DNA of 44,572 nt, counting the filler, from Catajapyx aquilonaris (Eukaryota), in assembly GCA_000934665.2 (NCBI GenBank). It is 2 parts of 2 records of this genome, joined end to end, with 100 filler letters (N's around TTAATTAATTAA, not from the genome) between each part and the next. Parts side by side here need not be neighbours in the genome. Positions count along the whole stretch, not along the records: positions 1 to 22,240 come from KZ539432.1; positions 22,341 to 44,572 come from KZ539433.1. The stretch is one strand, 5' to 3'. Shown here piece by piece: positions 13,224 through 24,508 of this stretch. A program made the translations under genes and the position numbers. Under the pieces are notes generated by a model. The model was not told the DNA's origin. It saw only the letters and a list, made by a program, of their open reading frames with translations, and searched no databases. The stretch's first letter is position 1. The number at the start of each line of letters is the position of its first letter.

Positions 13224-14090
13224 AGCTCTGGAAGCGATCATGGCATGTGGAAAACACTGGCCTTTTGTTGAGGGGAAAGCAAAAAGTACATTGATAGTTT
13301 CCCTGCTTGAATATCTCCCAGTAACTAAATTAATCACAGAATACGCGTAACAAGAAAAAAAGATCAACTGACTACAATGAGCATTATCTTCTGCTACTCA
13401 TACACCTAGTAGGTCAGAGCATATTCTCATGAAGCAGGTAATTAGTCACAAACACATAGGTACGTTTACACTCTGGGGGGAGATGCAGTTGACATGTAAT
13501 CCTGATGTGAAATATCCATGCTCTGTGCACATTTTGATGTACATTCAATCACATCTCCTCCCAGAGTAAAGTCTGATTCAATCATAATTAACTAACAATT
13601 TCAAGCTACTGAGCACTGTGACATTTTTTCTTTATGAAGCATATCGTAATCTGACAGATTTTCAGCAAAGGTATTTAAACCAAGCTTTTTAAAAATTTAT
13701 GTCTCAACGTAAGAACTAAAGGTAAGGGCAAACATCTGAGACCCCAATTGCATGAACAGCAACAAAGCCTGGATTATTTTGTGCATCAAGTAGCTGCATG
13801 CAGCAATGTATTAGGTGAACCAAGAGATGGATGAAAATTGAAAACTTCTCCATAGTTTTAAAAATATTTAGCGCAGGGCCTTTATGGTCGGGTTGCCATA
13901 ACTCAGTTTTTAAAATGCTAGCAATTTAGGAGATGGCAATGTTTTTTTTTTTTTTGCTTTGTTTACTTGAATCACTACACTATACAGGTCTGTATATCCA
14001 TTTCAAAAAGAGGGGTGATGGGAAAGAATTGATGGATCAATCACCCCTGGTCTGCAATCAAACCCCAGTCTTAACTAAGAATACGTACAG

Positions 14091-14271
14091 CAGTGGTTCC
14101 TAACNNNNNNNNNNNNNNNNNNNNNNNNNNNNNNNNNCCCCCCCCCCCCGAGTGTGTTAGTAGGTGTTGAAAAAAACCATCGTGATGAAATTGGCCTATA
14201 AAAATGTAGTGATTTTTTAATTTATAAAAATTACCGCAGCCATGCGTGACCCCCTAGGTTGGGAACCGCTG
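14091..14271. mobile_element. hAT-like MITE spanning an N run
   Basis: TIR CAGTGGTTCCTAAC / GTTGGGAACCGCTG; imperfect 8-bp TSD. Confidence 0.65.
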
Positions 14272-15039
14272 GAATACAGTATCAGGCAACTGCACTGACC
14301 AGCTACCAGCTTTGGAATCACCAGGGAGACTAATGCATCAAGAATCCCCCATTCCTCTGTTTTGCTTGGACAGAGAAACACCCTGTATAGATTACAGTTT
14401 CAACTTTTACCAGCCAACATCTGTTACAGCCCTGTTCCCTGCTCAAAGCTTTTACGGATATCAGTCTTGCCATTACTAATTTTGACCCTATTGAATTAGG
14501 CAAGTGAGCTGCAAAATTGGAGAACCCCACACAACATATTGAGCCTAGGAATTTAAAACTGGGCAGACCACTGACATAACAGTGCCATCACTCCTGATTT
14601 GATGAACCTTGAAGCAGATGGTAACCTTGGCCCCATCCATTTTGCTTCCCAAATCAATTTTGACTTAGTCCAAAAGACTCATTTTCCCTGTGCCATAGAA
14701 AGGGCTTACAAATGTCCAACGAAACTAGTCCCAAACCACTTTGGAGTGTGAAACGGATTGGGATACACCTATTAACATGTCCTCCACAATGTCCACATGC
14801 TCAGGTAAAGTACACTCAAGAGTCACTACTACCAATCATCTGAGCCCGGGGGCTGAGCCTGGGCTTTTACTCATCTCACCACTTCACCAGAAACCACAAA
14901 ATGACAAAAATGCACTCACACAATAGCTGGTGCTAGGTCAGGATAACACACCTACAGCATCACTCACAACATGCGAAAGAAAATACCCCATGCAATTGTC
15001 ATTAACTACGCACCTCCTATCTTCCTACCACCTGGTTGG

Positions 15040-15600
15040 ACAACGCTCCTCTACGATCACAAAGGTCCCTGCAACCGCTGACCCTAGGAAAAGGCGGGAA
15101 TAACCACACCGCGTGGAGGGCAGCCAGACATCAGACAGGCGCGGGCAGGCGAGAGAGGGGAGTAGTGGGTACTGGGTAGGCGGGGTGCAGGGTTGGAAGA
15201 TCGATCCGTCTCTGAAGCTCCTGTCCAACTCAAGAAGATTCTCCCTTGCATTGCACCGTAACACCAGTCCCGCTCATTTCCCGCGCATTTATTACACAAC
15301 CACATATTTACACAAATACCGTGCATATTTGTGGTCATGCCATGGGTCGGCATCATCGGTGCGCATCGGTGCATGTGAAGAAACATGGCCGCGTCCATCT
15401 TGCGCGCCATCTACTGTAGCAGGGTGCCAGATGAAAGTGTTCCATGACAAACGGGGTGCCAGATGAGTAATCAGCTGGTTTTTCGAATTGGAAGCTGCTC
15501 GCCTCGGCTCGCCTCGACGATTGAATATCCAACTATCACCAAGTGGAAGAAATTTTCTCAGGCCACCCTTGGTCACCGGGGGTCAGCCTCATTTAGGTTC
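15040..15600. promoter_or_regulatory. Putative bidirectional promoter / 5' UTR region of CTPS and HDAC8
   Basis: CpG-rich patch between divergent genes whose ATG exons both begin with splice acceptors. Confidence 0.5.
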
Positions 15601-15904
15601 TGTACAATTGAGTAGTTCAGTAGTGTCAAATATTCAAATTATTGGCAGGTGTGCAACATATTTGTGTAGCCATACTGTGCAATGGAAATCTTGCAAATTC
15701 TCAAGTCTTCATATTATTAATGCACCTCTTATACACTACCAGCTGTTTAATATTAATTTATAATCTTGGCTCTGCTGAGTTACTGCCTATGGAAGTGTGA
15801 TTTAGTAGTTGCAAAAGTGTAAAATATACTATATGCAACAACATGGCATCAAAATAACATGTTTTTTCTTCATTGCAGGTGCTTCATGCAGATGAAATTT
15901 AGAC

Positions 15905-15979
15905 ATGACGAAACCTGTATACATCTGTGATAAGGAGTTGCTATTTCAGTGCAACAAAGTGCCTAACTGCACAAACCGG
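15905..15979 (+). CDS. HDAC8: Histone deacetylase 8 coding exon 1
   Basis: MTKPVYICDKELLFQCNKVPNCTNR resembles the HDAC8 N-terminus (PVYI...R-ASMV); acceptor at 15878, donor GTAAGG. Confidence 0.85.
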
Positions 15980-16786
15980 GTAAGGGTATTATAATTTGTT
16001 TGTCTATCCTGCACCTAGTAGCGTCACATTACCCTGAACATTGCTGCGTGTCAGTACCAGCCAGGCAGAGCTGATGGCATCTGCAAAGCAGGGTATTGTT
16101 CCCATTTTTCGTACACAAGGTGTTGTTGTAGAGTGTAGACATTCAATATTGGTTAGAATTAAAATAGCTAATGATTTTGAAAGGACATGAAATCACAAAA
16201 TTTTCCCCCCTATTTATGCTATTGCAGTATGTTGAACTTGGTGTCGGTCAATGTACGCAGAAGTGATTGAAAGCCGAGGGATAATATTATCAAGCATCCT
16301 TATGGGGAGCCTTGGGAGCTCGTTCATAAGTACAGATCACAGTAAATCATACTGCAATAAGTCAGTAGGCCATTATCAAAACCAGGCTACCTATTTCAGA
16401 ACACCAGGAAATGCGAATATCTGATTTTGTGGTTTTTTATGTCCCAGGGAAAAATTAACATGTTCATTATATGCTATGCCATGTCTCCTATCACATATCC
16501 AGAGCACGGAAATCATGATCCATAAACAAAATCACAATGATCAATTGAAAATTATGATAGCCTCACCCCCTTGAACATTGATTTTCAATCATTTGAAATG
16601 CCAGTGTTCATGAGAGTCTCCTTATTTGGTGGCCATGAGCTAAGATACTAAATCAGGATCCACATGCAGAAAAAAGATAGTGTGTGAAAGCTGACAGAGG
16701 CTTAAAAGTGCAGCACATTATAACTTGATGTTGCTAGATCATTGCACAATTTAATGCGTTATGTTTTCTTTTGGAACCCCCTTTAG

Positions 16787-17115
16787 GCAAGCATGGTTGA
16801 TTCCCTTATATCATCATATAATCTTCACCAACATATGGAAGTCCGTCCATCCCGAGAAGCAACCATAGAAGAGCTGCATACTTTTCATTCACCAGAGTAC
16901 CTCAGTTTCATGATAACGTTTCAGCCAGATAAAGCAGATCCTGAGTCGCTCGCTCTTCAGGATGAATATGGTATTGGATATGATTGCCCTTATGTGAATG
17001 ATTGGATGGGTTTTTTATTGAGGCTGGCTGGAGGATCACTAGCTGCTGCAGAGGCTCTCCTACAAGGTGCTCAAATTGCTGTGAATTGGTGTGGAGGCTG
17101 GCATCATGCTCAAAG
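16787..17115 (+). CDS. HDAC8: HDAC8 exon 2
   Basis: ASMVDSLISSY...FHSPEYL...EYGIGYDCP...AVNWCGGWHHAQ; GYDCP and GGWHHA are HDAC8-type motifs. Confidence 0.95.
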
Positions 17116-17256
17116 GTTAGTGGACTATAATGTAATGGGGAGTCACAAAGACATTTTTAAGAACTTTTTGTGTACATGTGAGGGATAAGTGCTGGGAGAG
17201 GGAACCAACAAGTCAGACTGCTCCTAAATCCTTGGCTGTCAGGTGTGTATTATATA

Positions 17257-18247
17257 TGTTAGGCTCAAACCCCAAAAATGGCCATTAGCCAAAAAAAATG
17301 AGCAGATCTAGGTCTGGTCACTTTCAAAACAGCCAGGACTAGTTCTGGTTGTTCCTGCTTATTATGATACCTATGAATATGGAGGTGATTGTGTTGGTGT
17401 GGCTGTGGGGCTTTGGGCTGACTACACCAGGACTGCCCTTTGTTGTGGCCATGCCAGGCACGGTTCTTCACATTGCCTGATGATTTTAGTTAGTTGCGAG
17501 TTGCAAGCGTAGTGAGCTGAGAGCTTATTGTGGGTTGTGATTCCGTGCAACAATACTGTCCGTCTTTGTGTGCCGCAGGTCAACAAACGTTATTGTGCCT
17601 TGGCCAATCCCGAATGTGCTTGGAAAGCCACAATCACATTTCTTTGCCTGTGGCAGCACAACACAACCAGTATTGTTGGGCAGATACACAACCCACAATA
17701 AGCATTCAGCTCACTATGCTCACAACGAACTGAAATTATCAGGCAAAGTGATAGACCGTTCCTGGCAGGGCCACAACAAAGGACAGTCCTGGTGCAGTCA
17801 CCCCACAGCCACACCAACACAGAGGGCTCCATTCATCACCCCGTCACCTCCATATCCATATTCGCAGGTAGCATCAGCCCCTGACACTTGTACCCCAGCT
17901 CTATATAAATCTCCTTTCAGGGGGTCGACGGGGTGGTAATGGGGTAGGTGGCCACGGCAGTGCTTGCCAGGAACGTAGTGGGCAAAGATGTATTTAATAG
18001 AAGACACTGTAAAAATCTACCATGTCTTCTATTAAATGCAAAGGAGCCCTGCTAGGCATCACGGCAAGCACTGAAGCTGCATATGCCACTGCCCTTATCA
18101 GTGCTGCCGTGGCCCCTTACCGTATTACCACCCTCTCGACCCCCTGAGTGCGATAAGAGGGAGAGTGACCAGACCTGAGTATTATAAGACCATGGGTAGC
18201 ATAATGAGCAGGAACAACCAGGCCGTTTTCGGGGTTTGAGCCTAACA
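17257..18247. mobile_element. Non-autonomous TIR element, Ginger-like termini
   Basis: TATA|TGTTAGGCTCAAACCCC...GGGGTTTGAGCCTAACA|TATA; two internal inverted-repeat pairs. Confidence 0.75.
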
Positions 18248-18582
18248 TATACACTTCGAGGAATAATGAATCTTTTCTATTTTGACCCTTCACAATGCTG
18301 CTGTTTCACATCTAAAGATGTGATCTACTTTTATGTGTCCACTTTGTGCTGGTAAGTTTGCATGAGTGTCTGCTATAGTATAAAAATACCAAGCAAGTTA
18401 AAATAAAAATGGTAACAAAGAGGATGTCATTTGGACCTGTGAAAAGTCATAGTAGAGGTATTGACGCAATCTGCCCAGTAATAACTTTCTCATAGATGCA
18501 TTTGCATTTTTGTCAGTTTATGTTCATGGTCATTTAATTGCTATATTCAATAATGAGAAATTGTATTTCTTCTGCTTTTCAG

Positions 18583-18689
18583 GGATAAAGCATCTGGTTT
18601 TTGCTACGTCAATGACATTGTGATTTCAATAATCAAACTTAGAGAAAAGTTTGATCGAGTGCTGTACATTGACTTGGACGTCCATCACG
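18583..18689 (+). CDS. HDAC8: HDAC8 exon 3
   Basis: [13 protein letters not shown]...[11 protein letters not shown] (Zn ligands); cag/GTGGGA. Confidence 0.95.
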
Positions 18690-18762
18690 GTGGGAAAATA
18701 TTTTAGTCAACTCACCCTTTGAATATTATATGGTTTAAACTCTTTTGGTAACACTTTGTTAG

Positions 18763-18955
18763 GTGATGGAGTAGAAAATGCATTCGGTGGTTCCAAGAAA
18801 GTTTTTACATGGTCTATTCATCAGTTGGAGCCTGGGTTCTTTCCTGGAACTGGATCATGTGAAGAAGAGGGATTCGGAAAAGGAAGAGGATATACCCTCA
18901 ATACACCATTGAGGGAGGGCATTACGGATGACCACTACATGTCAATATTCAACAG
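18763..18955 (+). CDS. HDAC8: HDAC8 exon 4
   Basis: GDGVENAF...PGFFPGTG...GKGRGYTLNTPLREGI; follows a 73-nt intron. Confidence 0.95.
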
Positions 18956-19697
18956 GTGTGAATGGGATTATTATACAGGTGCTACCTGTTTTACACTGGG
19001 GATTGGTTCTAGAAACACAATGGCATAAAGTGAATTGGCATAAAACGAGACAAACGTATAATATCCTCCTGAGACCTGAGAAGAATTGTGTAGTAACACA
19101 ATGTCAGTTCTTGTTGCATTTTCTGAACATTTTCCCTATAAGAAACGAGAAAAAAAATTGTAGTTATATAATATTGACCATAATAATGACAAAATAACAA
19201 TGAGCACATTAGGACTCAATTGCAGCTACAAAAGCAGAACAGATGAAAGCTGAAAATTTCAATGCCACTTAATGGATCATTAACATAGTGCTCTATCCTC
19301 CAAACAATGTTTTTTACATTCATTTGTCGAATTCGTGGTAGCAATTCGTCTCAGAAGACAATTAAAGATAAAACTGCAATTATTTTTCAAGGCCAAAACT
19401 TTAGGTGTAGGGATTGCACCTTCTCTTCTTACCTCCTAGCATGGTACCTCGCTATTCTAGATATTAAAACTGAACTGTAGTGCAAAATACACTTCCTTGT
19501 GGGTGTATAGTCCCCTGTACTGGTAGCTTCGTTTACTGCCAGGTATCCCAATCTGCACAGGTCTTTGGGGTAGAAGACAGACAAAGAGGGATGTCTCTTT
19601 TTCCTCTCTTCTTTTTTTAAATATTTGTTTCTGTCTGCATCTGTCCCGCCTTTGTATCTTGTAACCGCCAGACAGCCATAGTTACTTCAGCTCCTTG

Positions 19698-19733
19698 TAA
19701 ACAAACAAACCAACAACCAACCAACCAACCAAA
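19698..19733. repeat. (AAAC/CCAA)n microsatellite
   Basis: aaacaaacaaaccaacaaccaaccaaccaaccaaa. Confidence 0.8.
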
Positions 19734-20204
19734 TACTTCCTGCTTACTGGAAAGCACCTAAATAAACAGAATTTCTTCCTTGTCGAATCACCTGTGTAAT
19801 AATTTGGTCTAACTGTAGTACAGAAGCTAACTGTAATACGAGGTAAAATTGCATTAGAAACCCTTTTAGACCAGTTTTAGACAGAGTGAAACAGTTGGCG
19901 ATGAAAATTAATAGCTTTCAGGCAAAGTGCCAAATTCTTGCAATCATTTGTTAAAACAGGAGATATGTCACAACTTGGACTACTGCAGCTGGTTTTACAC
20001 TAAGGGCTAGACAGGCTTAAAATGTGGTCATGATGATAGTCACGTAATTTGACTCGGCCACAGTAAGAAATAAGCCCAAGTCATGCCCATACATCATTAT
20101 GACAGCATCTGAAGGGAATAAGCCTCTTATGAAACTGCACCTATTGCAACAACTGAAATCACATCAAAAGTCTAACTTCAGTATTTCTCCTTTATTCATT
20201 GCAG

Positions 20205-20377
20205 AGTTGCCAACATAGTTCTCCATTCCTTTCAACCAGATGCCATTGTTGTTCAATGTGGTGCTGATGCCCTATCAGGAGATCCAATGGGAGGTTTTTC
20301 ACTTACTGAAAAAGCATATGGAGCCTGCTTGAAACGACTCATCCTTGCTGATGTCCCTATACTCTTACTTGGAGGAG
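20205..20377 (+). CDS. HDAC8: HDAC8 exon 5 (last found; later exons with the catalytic Tyr not in the window)
   Basis: FQPDAIVVQCGADALSGDPMGGF...PILLLGGG; cag/GTATTA; 173 nt. Confidence 0.95.
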
Positions 20378-20519
20378 GTATTAAATAATTTTGAGTTATA
20401 AATACCTTCAGACAGGTGTCCCCCCCCTCCTATCCCCACCCTGTCCCTGCACATAGTGGTATTCCACTCCCCTAAGAGAGCCCATGGCTCTAGCACGGGG
20501 TATATCTANGACAGGGAAA

Positions 20520-20855
20520 GGTGTGGTGGCTGAAATGGTAACATCTTGGCTTGCTGTGCGAAAGGTCCCGGGTTCTAATCCCCGCCTGGGAGTTACCTTT
20601 TGCCTGCGTCAGTGGGTCTTTGGCCTGCGCCTAAGGAGGTGTCTTGGCAACCGGCCTCCTGGGGGACTGGACATGACCCTTTTCAGACATTGCACTTGCA
20701 CCTGTGTCCCCCCGAACTCCCCCCATCCTTACCCTACATCCTTAATGTCCTTGCACGGTGACTGAAGAAAAAACAGAAAATCAATTCTGATGGTGGTAAT
20801 CCACCCCCCTAAAAGGGCTTCGTTCCCTCTAATAGGGTTTTAAAATTTTAAAAAA
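20520..20855 (+). mobile_element. tRNA-derived SINE, family 2 (3' end approximate)
   Basis: TGGCTGAAATGG...GGTTCTAATCC head, A-rich end. Confidence 0.7.
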
Positions 20856-21235
20856 CTTTCTTTTTTTTAAATAACTTAAGGCTCAGTAGCAACACTGAAG
20901 GAAGATCCTTGATACTTATCTGTGTTGTTAATTTCTGGAAACAATACACTTTAAAATTAAGACAAGCATGAAACTACAGACCAATGGACTTCCTTCACCA
21001 GTTCAGTTTGCTCCTAAGAATTAACTTGTCATTCTAGTTGGCCTATCATTGACTGATTAGAAGCTTACCCTCAATCCTGTTTTAAAGTGTACAGTACTAT
21101 ACACATGAACACTTCCACTAGGACTAGATGGTCTATCAGTGCAATTTACAAGGTGTTTCAGAATGATAATAATAAACTTTTAGGGCAATGCTGCCCAACC
21201 ATTTTTGTTGCCGGTCCCTGAAAATCGGCTCGTAA

Positions 21236-21448
21236 AGGGATGTATCCACGTAAAAGATTTCTCGTGCACAAGGAGCCAACTGCGCGTGCCCAGATCCGAG
21301 GAACGAGGAAAAGTAGAACATTTTCAACTTTAATCCCCTTTCCGAGGGACCAGAGGGGCCCTCAGGCGACATAGAGTCCGTCTCGACGGACAAGATTTCT
21401 CGCTCAAGAGGACTCGTGCCCGAGAAACTTTTACGTCGATACCGGCCT
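21236..21448. mobile_element. Harbinger-like MITE
   Basis: TAA TSD; imperfect TIR GTATC(C/G)ACGTAAAAG..TTTCTCG. Confidence 0.6.
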
Positions 21449-21596
21449 TAAAATTATTAGCGACCCCTACTTTCCTATTCAACTATTCCTATTTATATGC
21501 ACATTTTGAACCTTCAATACAACAACACACATTCACTTAGGGAGTCAATAACAATCATTGATAATAATATTGTCAAGTAGGCCTATCTGAATATTA

Positions 21597-21671
21597 CCCG
21601 GGCGGGGTTCGAACCCGGGACCTTCTGCACATCAAGCCGAGACGTTACTGTCTCGGCCACTGCGCCTCCCC
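21597..21671 (-). mobile_element. Isolated tRNA-like SINE head (family 2)
   Basis: GGGGAGGCGCAGTGGCCGAGAC...GGTTCGAACCCCGCCCGGG aligns to the head at 20520. Confidence 0.7.
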
Positions 21672-22240
21672 TGCCCACAGCCCAGTTACCAAGATAATGA
21701 GCTTTTCCATGTATAGTATCGCATATAACATATCCTGCAAGGTTTGCATCCGAACATACATGGGCACATCTACATAAAACGACACTGTAATTTCAGGCTG
21801 GCTTACACCAGTGTGGGATTTGCAGTGTAGAGGTAATCTGCAGGGTAACATTTGCTCCACCAAATTTAATTGCTACCACAGTAATTACCAGTACCCATTA
21901 CAACAACTTTTTGAAATGATGCATTCGGGACATGTATGATACGTAAGCTCTATAGTCTATAGCAACATAGCATGAAAATTGCCACATTTACACCCTGTAG
22001 TTTTGCACCCATCCACTTGTTCCAAAGACAAACAAAGTTACATAATATCCATGTATGTATGTGTACTATGGAACGCAAAAAGAATGTCCGCAAGATTCTT
22101 CGTTCATCCTGGCGGCTAGTCAATCCATTGCACAGGTGTGTACACACACACGTGTGTGTACGTCCGTGCTTATCTGCTGTTTTTTTTTCCTCCTCCCTTA
22201 TCTACCCTTCTCGAGCTTATCTGTCTTTGTAACCTAGCTA

Positions 22241-22340
22241 NNNNNNNNNNNNNNNNNNNNNNNNNNNNNNNNNNNNNNNNNNNNTTAATTAATTAANNNN
22301 NNNNNNNNNNNNNNNNNNNNNNNNNNNNNNNNNNNNNNNN
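22241..22340. other. Artificial assembly linker or gap
   Basis: Exactly 44 N + TTAATTAATTAA (stop codons in all six frames) + 44 N. Confidence 0.95.
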
Positions 22341-22436
22341 AACAGACTTCACTTTTCGCATCAACCATGTGGTTTCTTGCCCTATGCCAAGTGTCATAGG
22401 GCAACTCAACTTACAGCAAGTACCGTTCCCTTGTGA

Positions 22437-22819
22437 GTGGCGCGGAGTGGCAAATGCAAGGCAAGAGTGCAGTGGTTTGAACCTGGTTGACGGGTTTTTA
22501 TCCTTGCGGGTTGCACTGAAAAAGGAGCTCTCATACTACACCAGTAGGGTACTGAACGTACAGTACCCTACCTGCATAGCATGAGAGCGCCTTTTTCAGT
22601 ACAACCTGCAAGGCTAAAAACCCGTCAACCAGGTTCAACCCAATGCATTTGCCTTGCATTTGCCACTCCACGCCACACAGTTCGAACAGAAAGTAGGATA
22701 AATAAATTGATTACTGCCGTATTTCTCATTGTTTTATAAAAACCGACCCGGGTAGTCACCACCTACGATTTTTCCCCACCCCCTTGCGGGCACTTGACCC
22801 GTGACTCTGAAACACCCTG
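22437..22819. mobile_element. Truncated short relative of the foldback family
   Basis: Palindrome 22437-22675 plus right TIR CTTGACCCGTGACTCTGAAACACCCTG. Confidence 0.75.
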
Positions 22820-23310
22820 CATATGTGTCAGGCACAGTTTTTGAGATGTATTGGATTTACTGCATTTACTAACATACAGTACTATATATTAGTAAATCCA
22901 GTATATCTCAAAAACTGTGCCTAACAGCACAATTCTAAGTGCAGATTTGGAATCAGGGCGAAAGGTATTATAGGAATCACTATTCACATCTTCAGAAAGA
23001 GCAAACAGGTTTTTTGGAGAATAGTGAATTTAACGATATATCTGCAAAACATATGTATTATTTTCTCGCAAACCATGCATAACCCAGGCCTCGAACTTGA
23101 CATACTGAACCTTATGTCAGTCACAACTAGTGCTACCAAATATTACTGATGTAACGCAAATTCATTACTAATTGTTGAGGTCACAATTCTTGGGCATGTG
23201 ACTGAGCAAGTGACCAATGAAATGCTATAAAAATTTATTTTTACATTAGAGGAAAACCAATTCCACAGGCGAATTTTCCTGTTGTTTCTCTTTCTTTTGA
23301 TATATATGTT

Positions 23311-23654
23311 TTTGGTGACCCTTTACGAATGCTCGTGTTGGCCCTGAAAAGGGGCGTTGGTAACGTTGGTCCTGAAAAGGACCGGTTGTCTGATGTGCTG
23401 CGGAGCTCGGAGGTCTGTACTGATGTTCCTCGATGAAGGCTGCAGACGAAGTGGGTTGCCGGCACTTTGGGTGCCGCTTTTATGGGAAAGGCGCGGACCT
23501 TGTGGAGGTCAAGCCAGAATGGCTCGATTCTGGCCTTGAAGGCTTTTGGCAGGAAATGAGCCAGGGAAAGGAATGGTTAGGAGGCCAATGAGAGTCAGGG
23601 GAAGTTTGTCGGTGAGATGAAGCCGGCAGGGCAGGGCTTGCCTGCCGGCTCACC
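23311..23654 (-). mobile_element. 344-bp insertion with two histone 3' stem-loops (solo-LTR-like or SINE-like)
   Basis: ATATGTT duplicated at 23304-23310 and 23655-23661; absent from the paralogous host copy near 43560; GGTGAGCC...GGGTCACC termini. Confidence 0.8.
23340..23383 (-). promoter_or_regulatory. Tandem histone mRNA 3' stem-loop motifs
   Basis: GGTCCTTTTCAGGACC (23383-23368, perfect 6-bp stem and TTTC loop) and GCCCCTTTTCAGGGCC (23355-23340, one mismatch), 28-nt period, A/C-rich flanks. Confidence 0.85.
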
Positions 23655-24508
23655 ATATGTTCCTTGGGGTTTGACCACTTCCACTAACCGAAAAAAATTT
23701 CTCTAAAAAGGCCTCATTTTCAGCCATTTCCAGATTTTTGAGATTTTTTTCCTCGTCATGGTATTTCACAATATGGCTGAAACTCCATAAGCAGCATTAA
23801 GGAATAGGTGAGTACATCTCTCATTATTTTCACCAAGATCCGAGACGGTCTAGCAACATTTAGGGCCACTTGATTCGGAAAGTCTCTTAGTAAACCCTTC
23901 CAAACTTTAAACCGATATATCTCAAATGCTGTGCCTGAGAGCACAATTCTAATTACAGATTTGAAATCAGCGGTAAAAATATGTATTGAAAAACATATCA
24001 TAACCTGGGAAAAATCTTTCCTTGTCAAACAGTGTCATCTACCATCGTCAGAAAAATTCAATTGAAATTCTGGATGATTCCTAATGCTTGTCATTTCAAA
24101 TTTCCTGTCCATGTTTTCAATCCTCAGAGCAGACATTTAAAAACTGAGATTTATACTTTTTCATCTAATTATATTAGGAACAACTGCCAATAAAAATTAT
24201 TATGGGCAACAGCAAAATGAATCCTGGAAAGGGACCTTTTCTGCTATCGAAATGTTAAAAGTCTGCATCTGGATATGGAAGGTGATGCCAGTTTTGGTAG
24301 CAGGAGAAAGCTGGTGTACTGACAGCACAATTGGTTTAAATATGTTTAAACCATGTGAAAAATCTTTGCATCCTACACAACAACTGTGTCTGATGGTGCC
24401 CTTGATAAGTGTAATTTGCCTGGGAAGACTTGAGGGGCACCACCAAAAGCCAAGAAACAAAACCCCATCCACGATCAATTTTTCTGGCCACTTTATCTCC
24501 TGTGTGTA

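Larger units (their letters stand above)
22875..24034 (-). mobile_element. Chapaev3/CMC-like non-autonomous repeat hosting the 23311-23654 insert
   Basis: Reverse-complement homologue of 43171-44010; terminus CACTG; partial third copy near 30720-30810. Confidence 0.7.

Noticed and set aside
21597..21671. Possible tRNA gene
   Set aside because: No clean cloverleaf acceptor stem or Pol III terminator; matches the SINE heads
22285..22296. TTAATTAATTAA as a biological motif
   Set aside because: Centred in symmetric N runs; synthetic six-frame stop spacer
23311..23654. Histone pseudogene as the explanation for the stem-loops
   Set aside because: No histone-like peptide seen upstream (minus ORF 23241-23465 is unrelated); duplicated hairpins plus terminal IRs are not typical of a processed histone copy
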